A program made the position numbers and the translations under genes. 64,000 nt of DNA from Rhodospirillales bacterium (GTDB taxonomy: Bacteria; Pseudomonadota; Alphaproteobacteria; Kiloniellales; JACOMY01): NCBI GenBank assembly GCA_963669335.1, contig OY770023.1, positions 3,298,873-3,362,872 of the forward strand, read 5' to 3'. The first letter of the stretch is position 1, and each line of letters begins with the position of its first letter. Shown here in pieces: positions 31,139 through 40,169 of this stretch. The notes below the pieces were generated by a model. That model made no database searches. It saw only the letters and a list, made by a program, of their open reading frames with translations, and was not told the origin of the DNA.

Positions 31139-33448
31139 TCAGGCCTTCCGCAGGATCTTCGGCGGCTCGAAGGCCGTCACCGGCGGCGGGCTCTCCGCTT
31201 TCTCGACCTCGACCAAGCAGGTGTGCGCGGTGGGCCCCTGCGCCAGGCGCGACGTGCCCTTATCACGGGTCAGCATATTGGGATTGCCGTGCTTACAGGC
31301 CGAGGGGGCGCCCGGCGTCTCAGGGTCGAACCAAGAGCCGGTGCTGAGGCGGATGACATTGCGGCGGACGCCGTCACTGATCGTCAGGGCTGCATAGCAG
31401 AGGCCGCGATCGTTGAAGACCCGAACGATATCGCCTTCCTCCAGCCCGCGCGCCGCTGCATCCTCAGGGTGCATGACAAGGGGTTCCCGTCCCTTGATCT
31501 TGCCGGCGCGGCTAACGGCGCCATGGTCGAGCTGCGAATGCAGCTTGTTCTTCGGCTGATTGGAAATCATGTGCAGGGGATAGCGGTCGGCGTTGCCCAA
31601 CCACTCATAAGGCTCCATCCAGGCCGGATGGCCCGGGCAGTCATCATAGCCGAAGCCGGCAATGGTCTCGGAATAGATCTCGATCTTGCCACTCGGCGTG
31701 CGCAGGGCATTGGTGTCCGGGTCCGCGCGGAAGTCACGAAAGAGCACCTGCGGGTCCTTAGGCGGCGGCACCTCGAACCAACGCCGCTGACGCAAATCTT
31801 CGAGCGCCGGGATCTCGATCGCCACTTCAGCCGAGGCCTGCTGCGTGCGTTCATAGAGATGGCGGATCCAGTCCTGGGTCGTCCGCCCTTCGGTAAAGGC
31901 CTCCTCCACGCCCATGTGGTGGGCAATACCGGTCAGGATCTCATAGTCATCCCGCACCCCTGCCTGAGGGGTTGCCGCCTGCTCCATATAGACCATGAAG
32001 CCATCGCGCGGCGTCAGGGCAATGTCTTCGCGCTCCAGATGCGTGGTGCAGGGCAGCACGATGTCGGCATGCTTGGCCAGCGCGTTCCAGCTCCACTCAT
32101 GCACGATCACCGTTTCCGGTCGCTTCCAGGCCTCGATCAGCTGGTTGAGGTCCTGGTGATGATGGAAGGGGTTGCCCCCCGCCCAATAGACCAGTCGGAT
32201 TTCGGGATAGTGATAGTGGCCGCCGTTGAACTCAAAGGGCGCACCGGGGTTCAGCAGCATGTCGGCGATGCGGGCGACGGGGATAAAATCCTTTACCGGG
32301 TTCCGCCCTTGCGGCAGAGCAGCACCCGGGATCACGGTGAACTCGTTGCCGGCGGAGTTAACGGCGCTGAAGCCGATGCCGAAGCCGCCGCCCGGCAGAC
32401 CGATCTGCCCGAGCATGGCGGCTAGGGTGAAGCCGGCCCAGAGCGCCTGCTCACCATGGTCCTGGCGGGTCAGGGACCAGCTAAACGAGACGATACTGCG
32501 GCTGCCGGCCATACGACGAGCCAGCTGACGCAACACCTCCGCGTCGAGCGACGAGCGCTCGGCAGCCCACTCAACCGTCTTGGGCTGTCCATCGCTCTCA
32601 CCCATCACATAGGCCCGAAAGCGCTCGAACCCGACGGTATAGCGGGCGAGAAAGGCCTCATCGTGCAGCCCTTCGACCAGCAAGGTGTGGCAGAGGCCCA
32701 GAATGATGGCGACATCGCTGCCCGGTCGGGCCGCCAGCCACTCGGCCTTGGCCTCGGCCATGACGTCGTCGCGGATGGGTGAGATGTTGACGAAGGAGAT
32801 GCCCGCTGCCGTCGCTTCTTGCATGGCTTGGCGCTGCCGGTGGCGACCACAGCCGCCCTGCGAAATCTGACCGTTTTTCAGGGGAACGCCGCCAAAGGCC
32901 ACGAAGAGCTCGGTGTTAGCGACAACCGAGCGCCAGCTTGTTCCCGGATAGATGAACTCGCGCACACCTCCCAAGATGTGCGGCATCATGACTTCGGCCG
33001 CCGCAAAGGAATAGGTGTCGCGCGAACGCACATAGCCGCCGATGCAGTTCAAGAAGCGATGAATCTGGCTCGGCGCATGGTGAAAGCGCCCGGCACTCGC
33101 CCAGCCGTAAGAGCCGGCGAAGATCGCCTCGTTGCCGTGGTCATGGCGGACACGGTTCAGTTCCTGACCAACAAGGCGCTCAGCCTCCTCCCAGGTGACC
33201 TGGACGAAGGCTTCGGCCCCGCGCCCGCGACGAGAGCCCGGACCACGCTCCAACCAACCTTGTCGGACCATCGGCGCCGTCACCCTGGTCGGCCCCTCCA
33301 GCACATCCAGAATGCCGGGCCCGATCGGCGAGGGATCAGGGTCGATCTCAAAGGGGTGCATGGCGACAACGCGATCGCCCTGTCGTTCCACGCGGTAGGT
33401 GCCCCAGTGGGTGCTGGTCAGCGGCAAGTCGCCCAGGTCCGTCATCAT
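31139..33448 (-). CDS. Cytoplasmic molybdopterin S-/N-oxide reductase, BisC-like (paralog A)
   Basis: DMSO-reductase-family sequence throughout. The N-terminus TSTHWGTYRV aligns with the BisC-type AAHWGP start, with no Tat signal and no N-terminal Cys cluster. Start chosen at ATG 33448 after GAGGAG. Confidence 0.8.
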   Translation of the reverse strand: MMTDLGDLPLTSTHWGTYRVERQGDRVVAMHPFEIDPDPSPIGPGILDVLEGPTRVTAPMVRQGWLERGPGSRRGRGAEAFVQVTWEEAERLVGQELNRVRHDHGNEAIFAGSYGWASAGRFHHAPSQIHRFLNCIGGYVRSRDTYSFAAAEVMMPHILGGVREFIYPGTSWRSVVANTELFVAFGGVPLKNGQISQGGCGRHRQRQAMQEATAAGISFVNISPIRDDVMAEAKAEWLAARPGSDVAIILGLCHTLLVEGLHDEAFLARYTVGFERFRAYVMGESDGQPKTVEWAAERSSLDAEVLRQLARRMAGSRSIVSFSWSLTRQDHGEQALWAGFTLAAMLGQIGLPGGGFGIGFSAVNSAGNEFTVIPGAALPQGRNPVKDFIPVARIADMLLNPGAPFEFNGGHYHYPEIRLVYWAGGNPFHHHQDLNQLIEAWKRPETVIVHEWSWNALAKHADIVLPCTTHLEREDIALTPRDGFMVYMEQAATPQAGVRDDYEILTGIAHHMGVEEAFTEGRTTQDWIRHLYERTQQASAEVAIEIPALEDLRQRRWFEVPPPKDPQVLFRDFRADPDTNALRTPSGKIEIYSETIAGFGYDDCPGHPAWMEPYEWLGNADRYPLHMISNQPKNKLHSQLDHGAVSRAGKIKGREPLVMHPEDAAARGLEEGDIVRVFNDRGLCYAALTISDGVRRNVIRLSTGSWFDPETPGAPSACKHGNPNMLTRDKGTSRLAQGPTAHTCLVEVEKAESPPPVTAFEPPKILRKA

Positions 33449-33590
33449 TTTCTCCTCGATCAAGAGCATTTGCTACGCCGGGCCCGCTTCACACAAGCCG
33501 CTCCGTCCCTGCCGAAGGGATTTTTTCCGGCCGGTCCAAGATCCACTTGACACATCGTCACATCTTAGCGTATGCCATTTATTGGCACAC

Positions 33591-33609
33591 TTGTGCTGAT
33601 ATATGGAAC
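33591..33609 (+). promoter_or_regulatory. Copy iii of the conserved TTGTGCTGATATA element, upstream of aapJ
   Basis: TTGTGCTGATATATGGAAC is identical at 18/19 nt with the minus-strand reading of 40139-40157. It ends 21 nt before the aapJ ATG. Confidence 0.55.
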
Positions 33610-33630
33610 AACACGTCTGGGAGAAACACA

Positions 33631-34671
33631 ATGCTCAAGTGGTCCATCATGGCCCCTGCAGCCCTGGCCGCAGCCTGTTTTACCCTCGCCCCGCTGACCG
33701 CATCGGCGGCAAGCCCCACGGTCGAAGCCATCCAAGAACGTGGCACCCTGCTGTGCAGCGGCCACAACGGCAGCTATTTCGGCTTCGTCGAAGTGAACGA
33801 CAAGAACGAGTGGAAGGGCCTCGACATCGATCTCTGTCGTGCGCTCACCACCGCCATCCTGGGCGATCCCACGAAGGCCCAGATCATCCCGCTCAGCTGG
33901 GCACAGCGCTTCCCGGCCCTGCAGTCGGGTGACGTCGATGTCATCATCAAGGCCACCGGCTGGACCATGGGCCGCGACACCGAGCTGGGGCTGCAGTTCA
34001 GCCTGCCCTACTTCTTCGGCGGCACCCAGTTGATGGCGCACGGCGACCTCGGCGTGACCGAGGCCAAAGATCTGGAAGGCGGCACCATCTGCGTCGAAGC
34101 CGGCACCACGATCGAGCGTATCGTCGCCGACTATCTGAAGACCCTGGGTGTCGAGCACACCATGGTCTCCTACGAGAAGGCAGCCGAGCTGCGTTCGGCC
34201 TATCTGGCCAATCGCTGTGATGCCTTCGCCGGCTGGGGCCCCAATCTCGCCGTGCTGCGCGCCACCGAGATCGATAACCCTGATGCCCACATCATCCTCT
34301 CCGACCAGCTGTCCAGCGAGCCGATCGCCGCTGCCATGCGCCAGGGCGATGAGGACTTCGTGGACGTGATCAACTGGATGCTGGCAGCCCTGCTGCTGGC
34401 CGAAGAGCATGGCGTGACCCAGGCCAATGTCGAGGAGATGGCTGCCAATCCGACGAACCCGACGGTTGGCCGTCTGCTGGGTGCCACCCCCGGTATCGGC
34501 GAGCGTCTTGGACTGCGCGATACCTGGGCTCGCGAGATGATCGGTGCGGTCGGCAACTTCGCCGAAATCTATGATCGCAACCTTGGCAAAGACTCTCCCT
34601 ACAAGCTCGACAGGGGCATGAACAACCTGTGGAGCCATGGCGGCGTCCTCTACGCCCCCATCCTTGACTGA
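33631..34671 (+). CDS. aapJ: General L-amino-acid ABC transporter substrate-binding protein (AapJ/BztA family)
   Basis: ATG 33631 and signal peptide MLKWSIMAPAALAAACFTLAPLTASA. Family blocks: FGFVEVNDKNEWKGLDIDLCRAL...ILGDPTK, GTICVEAGTTIE, EPIAAAMRQGDEDF, HGVTQANVEEM. Confidence 0.85.
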   Translation: MLKWSIMAPAALAAACFTLAPLTASAASPTVEAIQERGTLLCSGHNGSYFGFVEVNDKNEWKGLDIDLCRALTTAILGDPTKAQIIPLSWAQRFPALQSGDVDVIIKATGWTMGRDTELGLQFSLPYFFGGTQLMAHGDLGVTEAKDLEGGTICVEAGTTIERIVADYLKTLGVEHTMVSYEKAAELRSAYLANRCDAFAGWGPNLAVLRATEIDNPDAHIILSDQLSSEPIAAAMRQGDEDFVDVINWMLAALLLAEEHGVTQANVEEMAANPTNPTVGRLLGATPGIGERLGLRDTWAREMIGAVGNFAEIYDRNLGKDSPYKLDRGMNNLWSHGGVLYAPILD

Positions 34672-34741
34672 TCGCCCAACCGAGCCAGGCCGCAAAATGC
34701 GGCCTGGCTTTTATCAATAACAAACGACCAGGGAGGTAGCG

Positions 34742-35881
34742 ATGAGCGCGCCAAGCGGCGTTCTGTCAAAAAAGAATAAGGAATATGTGATCCAAGCGGT
34801 CCTGATGACCGTTACGATCCTGATTATCTGGGTGGCAATTTCAAGCGCGCGCACGAACCTCGATGCTCTCGGCATCTCGAGCGGCTTTGGCTTCCTGGAT
34901 CGCGGGACCGGCTGGTCCTATTCCTTCTCGCTGATCGAGCGGTCGATCGACGATACCTATCGCCGGACGCTCTTCATCGGCTTCACGAACACACTCTTTC
35001 TGGGGCTCTTCTCGATCGTCTTGGCCACGCTCCTGGGTTTCCTGATCGGGACCATGAGAGACGCCAAGAACATTGCAACCAAGAGCGCGGCCACGACCTT
35101 CGTCCAGATCTTCCGGAACATCCCGCTGATCCTGCAGCTGGTCTTCTGGTATGCGATGCTGATCCATATGCCGGGTCCCAGACAGTCTTTCGACTTCTTC
35201 AGTCTGGCCTTCCTCTCGAACCGCGGTGCGGTCATTCCCGCGCTCAACATCTCGGCCGGAGTGGTTATCGGCATCATCGCGATCTCTGCCGTCTTCGGCT
35301 TCATCCTGCACTACCTCTGGAAGGCCAAGGTCTCGAAGAAAGTGCTGGTCTGGCTGGTCGGCACCGTCATCGTGACCGTCTTCTTGACCTTCGTCTTCTC
35401 GCCCAAGGGCGAGGCCATGATCTCCGTGCCGGAGCTGAAGGGGCTGCGCTTCGTCGGCGGACTCAATATCTCCGTCGAACTCGTCGCCATGGTCATCGGC
35501 ATCGTGCTCTATGGGGCTGCCTACATCGCCGAGGTCGTGCGTGGAGGCCTGCAGGAAGTGCCGAAGGGCCTCGTTGAGGCCGGGCAGGCTTTGGGGTTGA
35601 ACTCCAGCGCCATCTGGTTCCGCATCAAGATGCCGATGGCGCTGCGCACGATCATTCCGCCGCTGGGCAATCAGTGGATCTTCCTGATGAAGGCCACGAC
35701 CATCGGTGTCGCGATCGGCTTCAGCGATCTCTTCATGATCGTCTCGACCTCTATCACCCAGTCGGGCCAGACCTTGGAGCTGATCGGCATCCTCATGGCG
35801 GCCTTCCTTCTGGTCAACTTCGGGATTGCACAGTTCGTCAACCTGTTGAACGCCCGCATGCAGCTGAAGGGACACAGTTAA
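34742..35881 (+). CDS. aapQ: Amino-acid ABC transporter permease (AapQ/BztB family)
   Basis: 379-aa polytopic protein with the EAA-type loop (AYIAEVVRGGLQEVPKGLVEAGQALGL). Confidence 0.85.
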   Translation: MSAPSGVLSKKNKEYVIQAVLMTVTILIIWVAISSARTNLDALGISSGFGFLDRGTGWSYSFSLIERSIDDTYRRTLFIGFTNTLFLGLFSIVLATLLGFLIGTMRDAKNIATKSAATTFVQIFRNIPLILQLVFWYAMLIHMPGPRQSFDFFSLAFLSNRGAVIPALNISAGVVIGIIAISAVFGFILHYLWKAKVSKKVLVWLVGTVIVTVFLTFVFSPKGEAMISVPELKGLRFVGGLNISVELVAMVIGIVLYGAAYIAEVVRGGLQEVPKGLVEAGQALGLNSSAIWFRIKMPMALRTIIPPLGNQWIFLMKATTIGVAIGFSDLFMIVSTSITQSGQTLELIGILMAAFLLVNFGIAQFVNLLNARMQLKGHS

Positions 35882-35882
35882 G

Positions 35883-36965
35883 ATGACCAGTGTTGCAACC
35901 AACGCTCCTTCGCGCCTTGACCAGGCCCTGCGCTATCTGAAAAAGCGGGCCTTCGGATCGCCAAAAGACGGAGTCATTTCGGTCCTCTTCTTCGGACTTC
36001 TGGCCTACTGCATCTATGTAGCGCTGGATTGGGCCATCTTCTCGGCGGTCTGGTCGGCGGACAACGTAGCGGCCTGTGAAACGGCCAAGGGGGCCTGCTG
36101 GTCGGTCGTCGATGCGCGCCATCGGCTGATTCTCTTCGGCCTCTACCCCTATGACCTGCATTGGCGCTCGACGCTCGCCTGCATCTCGATCGTGGCTACG
36201 GTGATCCTCTCCTGCATCCCCTTCTTCTGGTCGGTCAAACGCCTGGTTAGCCTCTGGGTCGTGGGTTTCGCCGTCTACTACCTGTTGATGGAGGGTAGCC
36301 TGATCGGCCTGCAGCAGGTCACGACCGACCAGTGGGGTGGCTTGGCCCTCACCCTCTTCCTCTTCTCCTCGGTCGTGCTGGTCGGCATGCCGATGGGGCT
36401 GGGCCTCGCCTTGGCCCGCCGCTCCAAGTTGCCGGTGCTGCGTTACGGTGCGACGATCCTGATCGACTTCATCCGTTCGCTGCCGCTGCTGACGACGCTC
36501 TTCACGGCGGCTGTGGTGGTGCCGATCCTGCTGCCGGACTGGCTGCAGGGGGATAAGATCTGGCGCGTCATCATCGCCTTCGGTCTCTTCTTCGGCTGCT
36601 ATCAGGCAGAGATCTTCCGCGGCGGCTTCCAAGCCATCCACAAGGGGCAGTTCGAGGCCGGCAAAGCCTTGGGTCTCGGTTACTGGCAGATCCTTGGCAC
36701 CATCATCCTGCCGCAGGTCTTCCGCCATGCGCTGCCTGGCACCATCAACATGGTGGTTGTGACCTTCAAGGAGACGGCCATCGTCATCATCATCGGCTTC
36801 TTCGATGTCTTGGCCTCAGCCAATGCCGCCTTCGGCACAGGTGAATGGGCGCCCTACTTCCTGGAAGTCTATGCCTTCGTCGGCCTGATCTACTGGCTAT
36901 TTATCTTCTCCCTGGGCCAGTACGGCGAATACCTCAAGAGCCGCATGGCAGTGGCCAAGCACTGA
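35883..36965 (+). CDS. aapM: Amino-acid ABC transporter permease (AapM/BztC family)
   Basis: 360-aa polytopic protein with EAA loop (CYQAEIFRGGFQAIHKGQFEAGKALGL). Starts 1 nt after the aapQ stop. Confidence 0.85.
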   Translation: MTSVATNAPSRLDQALRYLKKRAFGSPKDGVISVLFFGLLAYCIYVALDWAIFSAVWSADNVAACETAKGACWSVVDARHRLILFGLYPYDLHWRSTLACISIVATVILSCIPFFWSVKRLVSLWVVGFAVYYLLMEGSLIGLQQVTTDQWGGLALTLFLFSSVVLVGMPMGLGLALARRSKLPVLRYGATILIDFIRSLPLLTTLFTAAVVVPILLPDWLQGDKIWRVIIAFGLFFGCYQAEIFRGGFQAIHKGQFEAGKALGLGYWQILGTIILPQVFRHALPGTINMVVVTFKETAIVIIIGFFDVLASANAAFGTGEWAPYFLEVYAFVGLIYWLFIFSLGQYGEYLKSRMAVAKH

Positions 36966-36995
36966 CCGAAATATCGCCTCTTGAGCGACGAAGAG

Positions 36996-37036
36996 AGAAG
37001 CCCGCAGAGATCCATCTCTGCGGGCTTCTTCTTTAC
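36996..37036 (+). terminator. Strong rho-independent terminator after aapM
   Basis: AGAAGCCCGCAGAGAT and ATCTCTGCGGGCTTCT are perfectly complementary 16-nt arms (apical bases form the loop), followed by TCTTCTTT. Confidence 0.8.
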
Positions 37037-37225
37037 TGACTGGCACACTCTAGCTGGGGTAGAGGTGGGATAGTGAAGCGGGCGAGCGGTGAACACCCGA
37101 ACCCGTCCTTTTGTTGAGATGCGTCCCGGCGTCCTTTCTCATCAAACCAAGACATGGCTCTGACAACAGACTTATTGTCGTTCTCCGGCTTGACCAGAGT
37201 GCCATTAACCACTTGATGTGCATGC

Positions 37226-37256
37226 AGAAAAATGCCCTCCGATTAAGTCGGAGGGC
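37226..37256 (-). terminator. Rho-independent terminator after the metC-VOC-PDO operon
   Basis: The minus strand reads GCCCTCCGA-CTTAA-TCGGAGGGC followed by ATTTTTCTG, 63 nt downstream of the PDO-like stop. Confidence 0.8.
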
Positions 37257-37318
37257 GACAGCCAACTGTACTCAGATGCGGGAATGACCGGAGGCCGCTA
37301 TCTGCGGCGAAAGCCGCC

Positions 37319-38203
37319 CTAAATCTGGTTGATCGGTACCTTGAGGGCCGGGGTCCCCTCTTCGTCTCTTGGCATCTCGCCGGCGCGCAGATTGACCTGG
37401 ATCGAGGGGATCAGAAGTGCCGGTACGGCAAGCTGCGCATCGCGGGCTTCACGCATGGCGACAAACTGATCGCGGCTGCGGCCGCCACCGACGTGGATGT
37501 TGTTCTGCCGCTCGTCGCCGACCGTGGTCTCCCACGCGATCTCGCGGCCGTTGGGACCATAGTCGTGGCACATGAAGAGCCGGAGCTCGTCCGGCAGGCT
37601 CAAGATGCGCATGATGGAGTCATAGAGAATTCCGGCATCGCCGCCGGGAAAGTCGGCCCGCGCCGAGCCGCCGTCGGGCATGAAGAGCGTATCGCCGACA
37701 AAGCCGGCATCACCCATGATGTGAACCATGCAGGCTGGCGTGTGCCCCGGCGTGTGCAGGGCTACGCACTCCATCCCACCGACCTTGTAGCGATCGCCAT
37801 CCTTGAAGAGGCGATCGAACTGAGAGCCGTCACGCTGGAACTCTGTGCCCTCGTTGAAGATCTTGCCGAAGACCTCCTGCACCTCGCAGATCCCTTCGCC
37901 GATGCCGATGGATCCCCCCAGCTTCTCTTGAATGTAGGGCGCTGCCGAGAGGTGATCGGCGTGGGCGTGGGTCTCGATGATCCACTCCAAGTTCAGGCCC
38001 TGCAGGTCGATGTAGGCGATGATGCGATCGGCGCTCTCGAAAGAGATACGGCCGGCGGCGTAGTTGAGATCCAGGACCGAATCGATCACGGCGCAGGCCT
38101 TGCTGTTCGGGTCTTTGACCACGTAGCTGATGGTGTTGGTGCGCTTATCGAAGAAGGCGACCACCTCTGGCTTGACCGACAGGTCCACTGAGATCTCGTT
38201 CAT
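37319..38203 (-). CDS. MBL-fold hydrolase, type II persulfide dioxygenase-like
   Basis: THAHADHLSAAPYIQEKLGG, ALHTPGHTPACM, VGDTLFMPDGGSARADFPGG, LFMCHDY, FVAMREARD. The length (294 aa) and motif order match bacterial type II PDOs as I recall them. Confidence 0.7.
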   Translation of the reverse strand: MNEISVDLSVKPEVVAFFDKRTNTISYVVKDPNSKACAVIDSVLDLNYAAGRISFESADRIIAYIDLQGLNLEWIIETHAHADHLSAAPYIQEKLGGSIGIGEGICEVQEVFGKIFNEGTEFQRDGSQFDRLFKDGDRYKVGGMECVALHTPGHTPACMVHIMGDAGFVGDTLFMPDGGSARADFPGGDAGILYDSIMRILSLPDELRLFMCHDYGPNGREIAWETTVGDERQNNIHVGGGRSRDQFVAMREARDAQLAVPALLIPSIQVNLRAGEMPRDEEGTPALKVPINQI

Positions 38204-38242
38204 GCAACGTCTCCGCTATCTGCTTTCTGTAAATCTAGGTCC

Positions 38243-38875
38243 TCAGTCCAGTACGACCAAGCCATTGGGTGTGCGAAGCGAGAAGGAGAGGCTCCGCGGT
38301 CCCGGTCGTACCTCCGCCAAGTGATCGATGCCGAGTTGTTCCAGAACCCCGCTCAAGGTGGCCGGATCGGGATGGGTCAGGATGATCTGCTCCAACGCCA
38401 GACCCAGATCCTGCATGCCCTGGCTCGGGTGCGGCCCCGGCGACCATTCAATGAAGGCAGGGATCAAGCCACCTTCCGGCAAAGAGCCGTCCTTCGGCAC
38501 GGTCAGGCGCCAAGACCGTTCACCGCGGCTCAGATGCAAGACCTCTCCAAGGTCCAGTGGGCTCTTGGCAACGACGGCATCCAGATCATCGGTCGCCACG
38601 ACCCAGCAGAGGGCGCGGGGACGCTCGGCAATCCGCGACTTCGTTTCCGGATCATCCAGTGTGAACCAACGGGTTCGGCTGGGTGCCGGAGCGTCTGGAT
38701 CCAATGAGATGACCTCAAAAAAGCGCTCTTGGCCGGCCTGCACCACGCGGTTGTGCGTGCTCATCTGGTCGTGCTTGCCGCCCAGGGGTACCGTGATGCC
38801 CAGCGCATGCTCCATGGCGAGCCGTCCCTGTTCCAGGTCAGCAGCACCAACAGTAAAATGATCGATCTTGTTCAC
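38243..38875 (-). CDS. VOC-superfamily (glyoxalase-like domain) protein
   Basis: 210-aa ORF (GTG start) with IDHFTVGAADLEQG...GGKH... at the N-terminus, typical of glyoxalase-like domain proteins. Lies between metC and the PDO-like gene. Confidence 0.6.
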   Translation of the reverse strand: MNKIDHFTVGAADLEQGRLAMEHALGITVPLGGKHDQMSTHNRVVQAGQERFFEVISLDPDAPAPSRTRWFTLDDPETKSRIAERPRALCWVVATDDLDAVVAKSPLDLGEVLHLSRGERSWRLTVPKDGSLPEGGLIPAFIEWSPGPHPSQGMQDLGLALEQIILTHPDPATLSGVLEQLGIDHLAEVRPGPRSLSFSLRTPNGLVVLD

Positions 38876-38894
38876 CGTCTTGTGGATCCCTCAG

Positions 38895-40067
38895 TCAGTC
38901 GAGAAGCGGCAGTGCCTGTGTGAGATCTCCGATCAGGGTCTCGAGGCTTTCGTTGCCGATGGAAAAGCGCACCACCTGTCCGGGCTCGTCCCAGCCCGCG
39001 GCCGAGCGATGCGGCTTGACCGGCAGCACCAGGCTCTCGAAGCCGCCCCAGCTGGCGCCGATCCCGAAATAGGAAAGCGCATCGACGAAGGCCCGCACCT
39101 GGTCATCCGAGCAGGGCTTGAAAATGACGCTGAAGAGGCCGGCTGCACCTGAGAAATCACGTTTCCAGAATTCATGGCCCGGGCAGTCCGGAAAGGCCGG
39201 GTGCAGCAATTTCAGAACCTGCGGCTGCTGCTTCAGCCACTTAGCCACAGCCATCGCGGCGGCCTCGGCATGCTTCAATCGTATCTCGAGCGTCCTGAGG
39301 CCCCGCAGCGATAGAAAGACATCCAGGGATCCCGGCCGCTCGCCGAAGGTGAGGACGGATTTGCGCATCTCTGCATGAGTGGCCTCGTTGCAGACGATAA
39401 GCCCCAGCATGGAATCGGAGTGGCCGCTCAGGTACTTGGAGCCGGAGTGAACCACGACATCGACGCCCAAAGAGAGCGGCTGGCAGAAAAGCGGCGTGGC
39501 CCAGGTACCATCCAGGATCGAGATCGCGCCGTGGGCCCGCGCCACATCGGCAATCGCGGGAATGTCTGGCACCTCGAAGGTGCCGGATCCAGGCGCCTCA
39601 TACATCACGGCGGCAGTGTTGGGGCGCATCAGCTTGGCGATCTCAGCCCCGATCATCGGGTCGAAGTACTCCACCTCGATCCCGAAGCGCGGCAGCATAC
39701 GGTCGCAGAAGCCCCGGGTGTTGCCATAAACGTGATCGGCGACCAACAGATGGTCGCCGGCCTTAGCGGCGCCCATCAGAGCCATACTAACCGCCATGAC
39801 CCCCGATGAGAGCGCGATGGCACCCGCTGCACCCTCTAGCGCAGCAAAGCTCTCCTCCAGCGCAATACTGCCCTGCGTGCCATAACGTCCGTAATAGAGA
39901 GTGCCCGGCTCGTAGCGGGCATCGCGAGCTGCCTCGAAGGCGCCCAGACTCTCGAAAAGCATGGTAGAACCCTGGTCAATCGGCAGATTCACCAGGCGTC
40001 CGTCCTGCGCCGGCCCGCGACCGAGGTGGGCCAAACGGTCGGCAAAGGAAGAGGCTCTCTTCGTCAT
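38895..40067 (-). CDS. metC: Cystathionine beta-lyase / PLP-dependent Cys-Met-metabolism C-S lyase
   Basis: PLP-Lys motif HSGSKYLSGHSD and family blocks (YGRYGTQGSIALEESFAALEG, GGFESLV). ATG 40067 is preceded by AAAGAGGAAC. The upstream 19 codons of the track ORF are dropped. Confidence 0.8.
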   Translation of the reverse strand: MTKRASSFADRLAHLGRGPAQDGRLVNLPIDQGSTMLFESLGAFEAARDARYEPGTLYYGRYGTQGSIALEESFAALEGAAGAIALSSGVMAVSMALMGAAKAGDHLLVADHVYGNTRGFCDRMLPRFGIEVEYFDPMIGAEIAKLMRPNTAAVMYEAPGSGTFEVPDIPAIADVARAHGAISILDGTWATPLFCQPLSLGVDVVVHSGSKYLSGHSDSMLGLIVCNEATHAEMRKSVLTFGERPGSLDVFLSLRGLRTLEIRLKHAEAAAMAVAKWLKQQPQVLKLLHPAFPDCPGHEFWKRDFSGAAGLFSVIFKPCSDDQVRAFVDALSYFGIGASWGGFESLVLPVKPHRSAAGWDEPGQVVRFSIGNESLETLIGDLTQALPLLD

Positions 40068-40115
40068 CACATGTTCCTCTTTGGGAGCATCGCAGGTGAT
40101 GACATCGGAGACCGA

Positions 40116-40157
40116 GTGTGTCAATATACAAACCAGACGTTCTATATATCAGCACAA
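40116..40157 (-). promoter_or_regulatory. Copy ii of the conserved 42-bp imperfect inverted-repeat element (metC / bisC-like divergent promoter region)
   Basis: The minus strand reads TTGTGCTGATATATAGAACGTCTGGTTTGTATATTGACACAC. This is identical at 31/42 positions with 43862-43903, and the outer blocks are identical. Confidence 0.6.
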
Positions 40158-40169
40158 CAGAAAGCCTGC

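Noticed and set aside
33546-33556. TTGACACA upstream of aapJ as the second arm of the conserved element seen at the other two loci.
   Set aside because: Its order and orientation relative to the TTGTGCTGATATA block differ from the other two copies, and TTGACA is also simply the -35 consensus. It is therefore not counted as part of the element.
33583-33597. Sigma-54-like promoter TGGCAC-N-TTGTGCT upstream of aapJ. Nitrogen control of aap is known in rhizobia.
   Set aside because: The GG and GC dinucleotides are separated by 9 nt rather than the required 10, and sigma-54 promoters tolerate almost no spacing change. In addition, the GC belongs to the TTGTGCTGATATA element, which recurs at two other sites that lack an upstream TGGCAC.
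37090-37115. tRNA-like T-arm: GGACGGGTTCGGGTG on the minus strand, in the gene-free spacer after aapM.
   Set aside because: The flanking bases do not form a T-stem, and no acceptor, anticodon or D arms can be drawn around it.
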